From NCBI GenBank assembly GCA_052426225.1, contig JBNJNM010000012.1:682001-746000 (forward strand): a stretch of 64,000 nt of DNA, in the 5' to 3' direction. A program made the position numbers and the translations under genes. Below are positions 62,401 through 64,000 of the stretch, in pieces. Source of the DNA: Zancudomyces culisetae HAW-14-8. Lineage: Eukaryota; Fungi; Kickxellomycota. Every line of letters starts with the position of its first letter. The first letter of the stretch is position 1. The notes under the pieces are model-generated. The model was not told where the DNA came from. It worked only from the letters and a program-made list of their open reading frames with translations, and ran no database searches.

Positions 62401-63677
62401 AGTCAGTTCAGGATCAAGAATCCACCTCATATTCTGAAAATGATGATAAAATTTCTGATCCAGAATATGAAACAGATTTAGATTATGAACTTGAATCAGT
62501 GTATTCGTTGGATTCTGAGCTGTACTACTCACCAAGTTCCGATATCAGTGAAATCTCACTCCAAAGTGCCGACTCTGAAAATAGTATTCAGAGTGCTGAT
62601 ATGGAAACCTGTGAAGAGTTACGCCCGATGACTCCACCACCAGCTGATCCGGTTGAACCAATTCGCAAACGTTCTTGTGATATTGAGTTTCAACAAAAGG
62701 TGCCTATCAAAAAGTTAAAACACTCTGTTTATCATTTGATAGGCATGATAAACCAAGCCAAACCAATTTCACTACCTCCTGATTCCTTAACTACTACTAT
62801 TCCAAGTAAATATCAAGACCTCAGCCAAGCTTTTGACAAACAAAAGGCCGATACTCTACCTCCTCATCGCCCTTACGACTGCCCAATTGATCTGTTACCC
62901 AATGCCGCCTTACCATATGGACCTATTTATCCACTTGCACCAAAGGAGCGAACAGCGCTTAAAGAGTACATCGATGAAAACCTTGCAAAAGGTTTCATAG
63001 TCCGCTCTAAATCACCTGCTGGAGCCCCTGTATTCTTCACAGGTAAAAATGATGGCTCTTTAAGACTAGTTGTGGACTACAGAGCTCTAAACAAAGTCGT
63101 CAAACGTAACCGGTATCCTTTACCGTTGATGACTGAGCTACTGGAACGAGTCCAATCTGCTAAAGTATTCACCAAACTTGATCTGCGTGGCGCGTACAAT
63201 CTGGTACGCATAAGGAAAGGCGATAAAGAAAAAACGGCTTTCCGAACACAGTATGGTCAGTTTGAGTACAAAGTTATGCCATTCGGTCTGGCTAATGCTC
63301 CTGGAACCTTTCAATCATTTGTCAATGACGTTTTTCGTGATATCCTAGACGTCTATGTTGTCATATACCTTGATGACATTCTGGTATTTTCTGCAACACC
63401 TGAAGAACATACTATCCATGTTCGTACTGTTTTAGAAAGACTAATCGCTCACAAACTCTACGCCAAACTTGAAAAGTGTGAGTTTGACCAAGAAAGAGTA
63501 GAGTTTTTAGGCTTCATAATCACACCTGCAGGCCTAGTCATGGATCCGTCTCGAGTATCTGCAATATTGGATTGGGATACACCAAAATCAGTCAAGGACA
63601 TCCAATCCTTCCTTGGATTTGTTAACTTCTATCGCCGTTTTATCCAAGACTTCTCACGTATTGTAACTCCGATTACC
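58777..63677. repeat. Right arm of a large inverted repeat matching about 30983-35879 (B LTR, X, G2, G1, E)
   Basis: Same element order, same spacers (ACA, AA, CAAAC) and same E insertion site (CGTCC) in reverse complement; the two Gag proteins differ at 2 of 296 aa. Confidence 0.95.
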
Positions 63678-64000
63678 TCCTTACTCAAGAAAAATGCCCA
63701 GTTTATCTGGGGCTCAGCACAACAATCTGCGTTTGAAAATCTCAAGGAACAATGTACCACAGCTCCCGTTCTCTCACATCCTGACCCAGAAACTCAGTTT
63801 CTCCTCGAATGTGATGCATCCAACTTTGCTCTAGGAGCTGTGTATCTCAGAAAATTAATGGCGAAACTCATCCTGTAGCTTTCTATTCCCGAACGCTGAA
63901 TCCTGCTGAAAGAAACTACCACATCTATGACAAGGAACTTCTAGCCATCAAATGTGCCCTCGAGCAGTGGCGACATCATCTAGAAGGTGCCTCTCATCCG
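60237..64000 (+). mobile_element. Element E, right copy (5' LTR 60237-60628, gag 60660-61550, frameshifted PR-RT-RNase H); runs off the right edge
   Basis: ORFs 61450-62268 and 62238-63878 (VDSGA, YLDD, CDAS), with frameshifts. Confidence 0.93.

Overview
AT-rich eukaryotic DNA with short GT-AG introns. It is most likely a fungus, and gene content and style suggest an early-diverging lineage (inference; not provable from this window). The window has two parts. (1) 1-16.4 kb is a gene block: a Dicer-like gene running off the left edge (missed by the ORF track), a PLK4-type polo kinase with cryptic polo boxes, a secreted Gly-rich repeat protein, mitochondrial EF-Tu, SPB1 and a p24 cargo receptor. 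(2) A tRNA-Gly(TCC) gene at 18532-18602 (-) is followed 6 bp upstream by about 45 kb of transposon DNA with no host genes. Main observation: many different Ty3/gypsy LTRs are stacked end to end with 2-5 bp spacers. Most spacers reconstruct as 4-bp target-site duplications of the tRNA's own 5' flank (TTGTTT), implying repeated insertion 3-7 bp upstream of the tRNA and a polarised, roughly time-ordered array. A second class of Tf1/sushi-like elements (self-priming, 5-bp TSD, GGGAAAC -1 frameshift, chromodomain in the intact copy) and two Tc1 elements have inserted inside older elements. About 5 kb of the array (30.98-35.88 kb) recurs as an inverted copy at 58.78-63.68 kb. The two arms flank a decayed, very AT-rich centre, an architecture resembling a tRNA-bounded inverted-repeat regional centromere.
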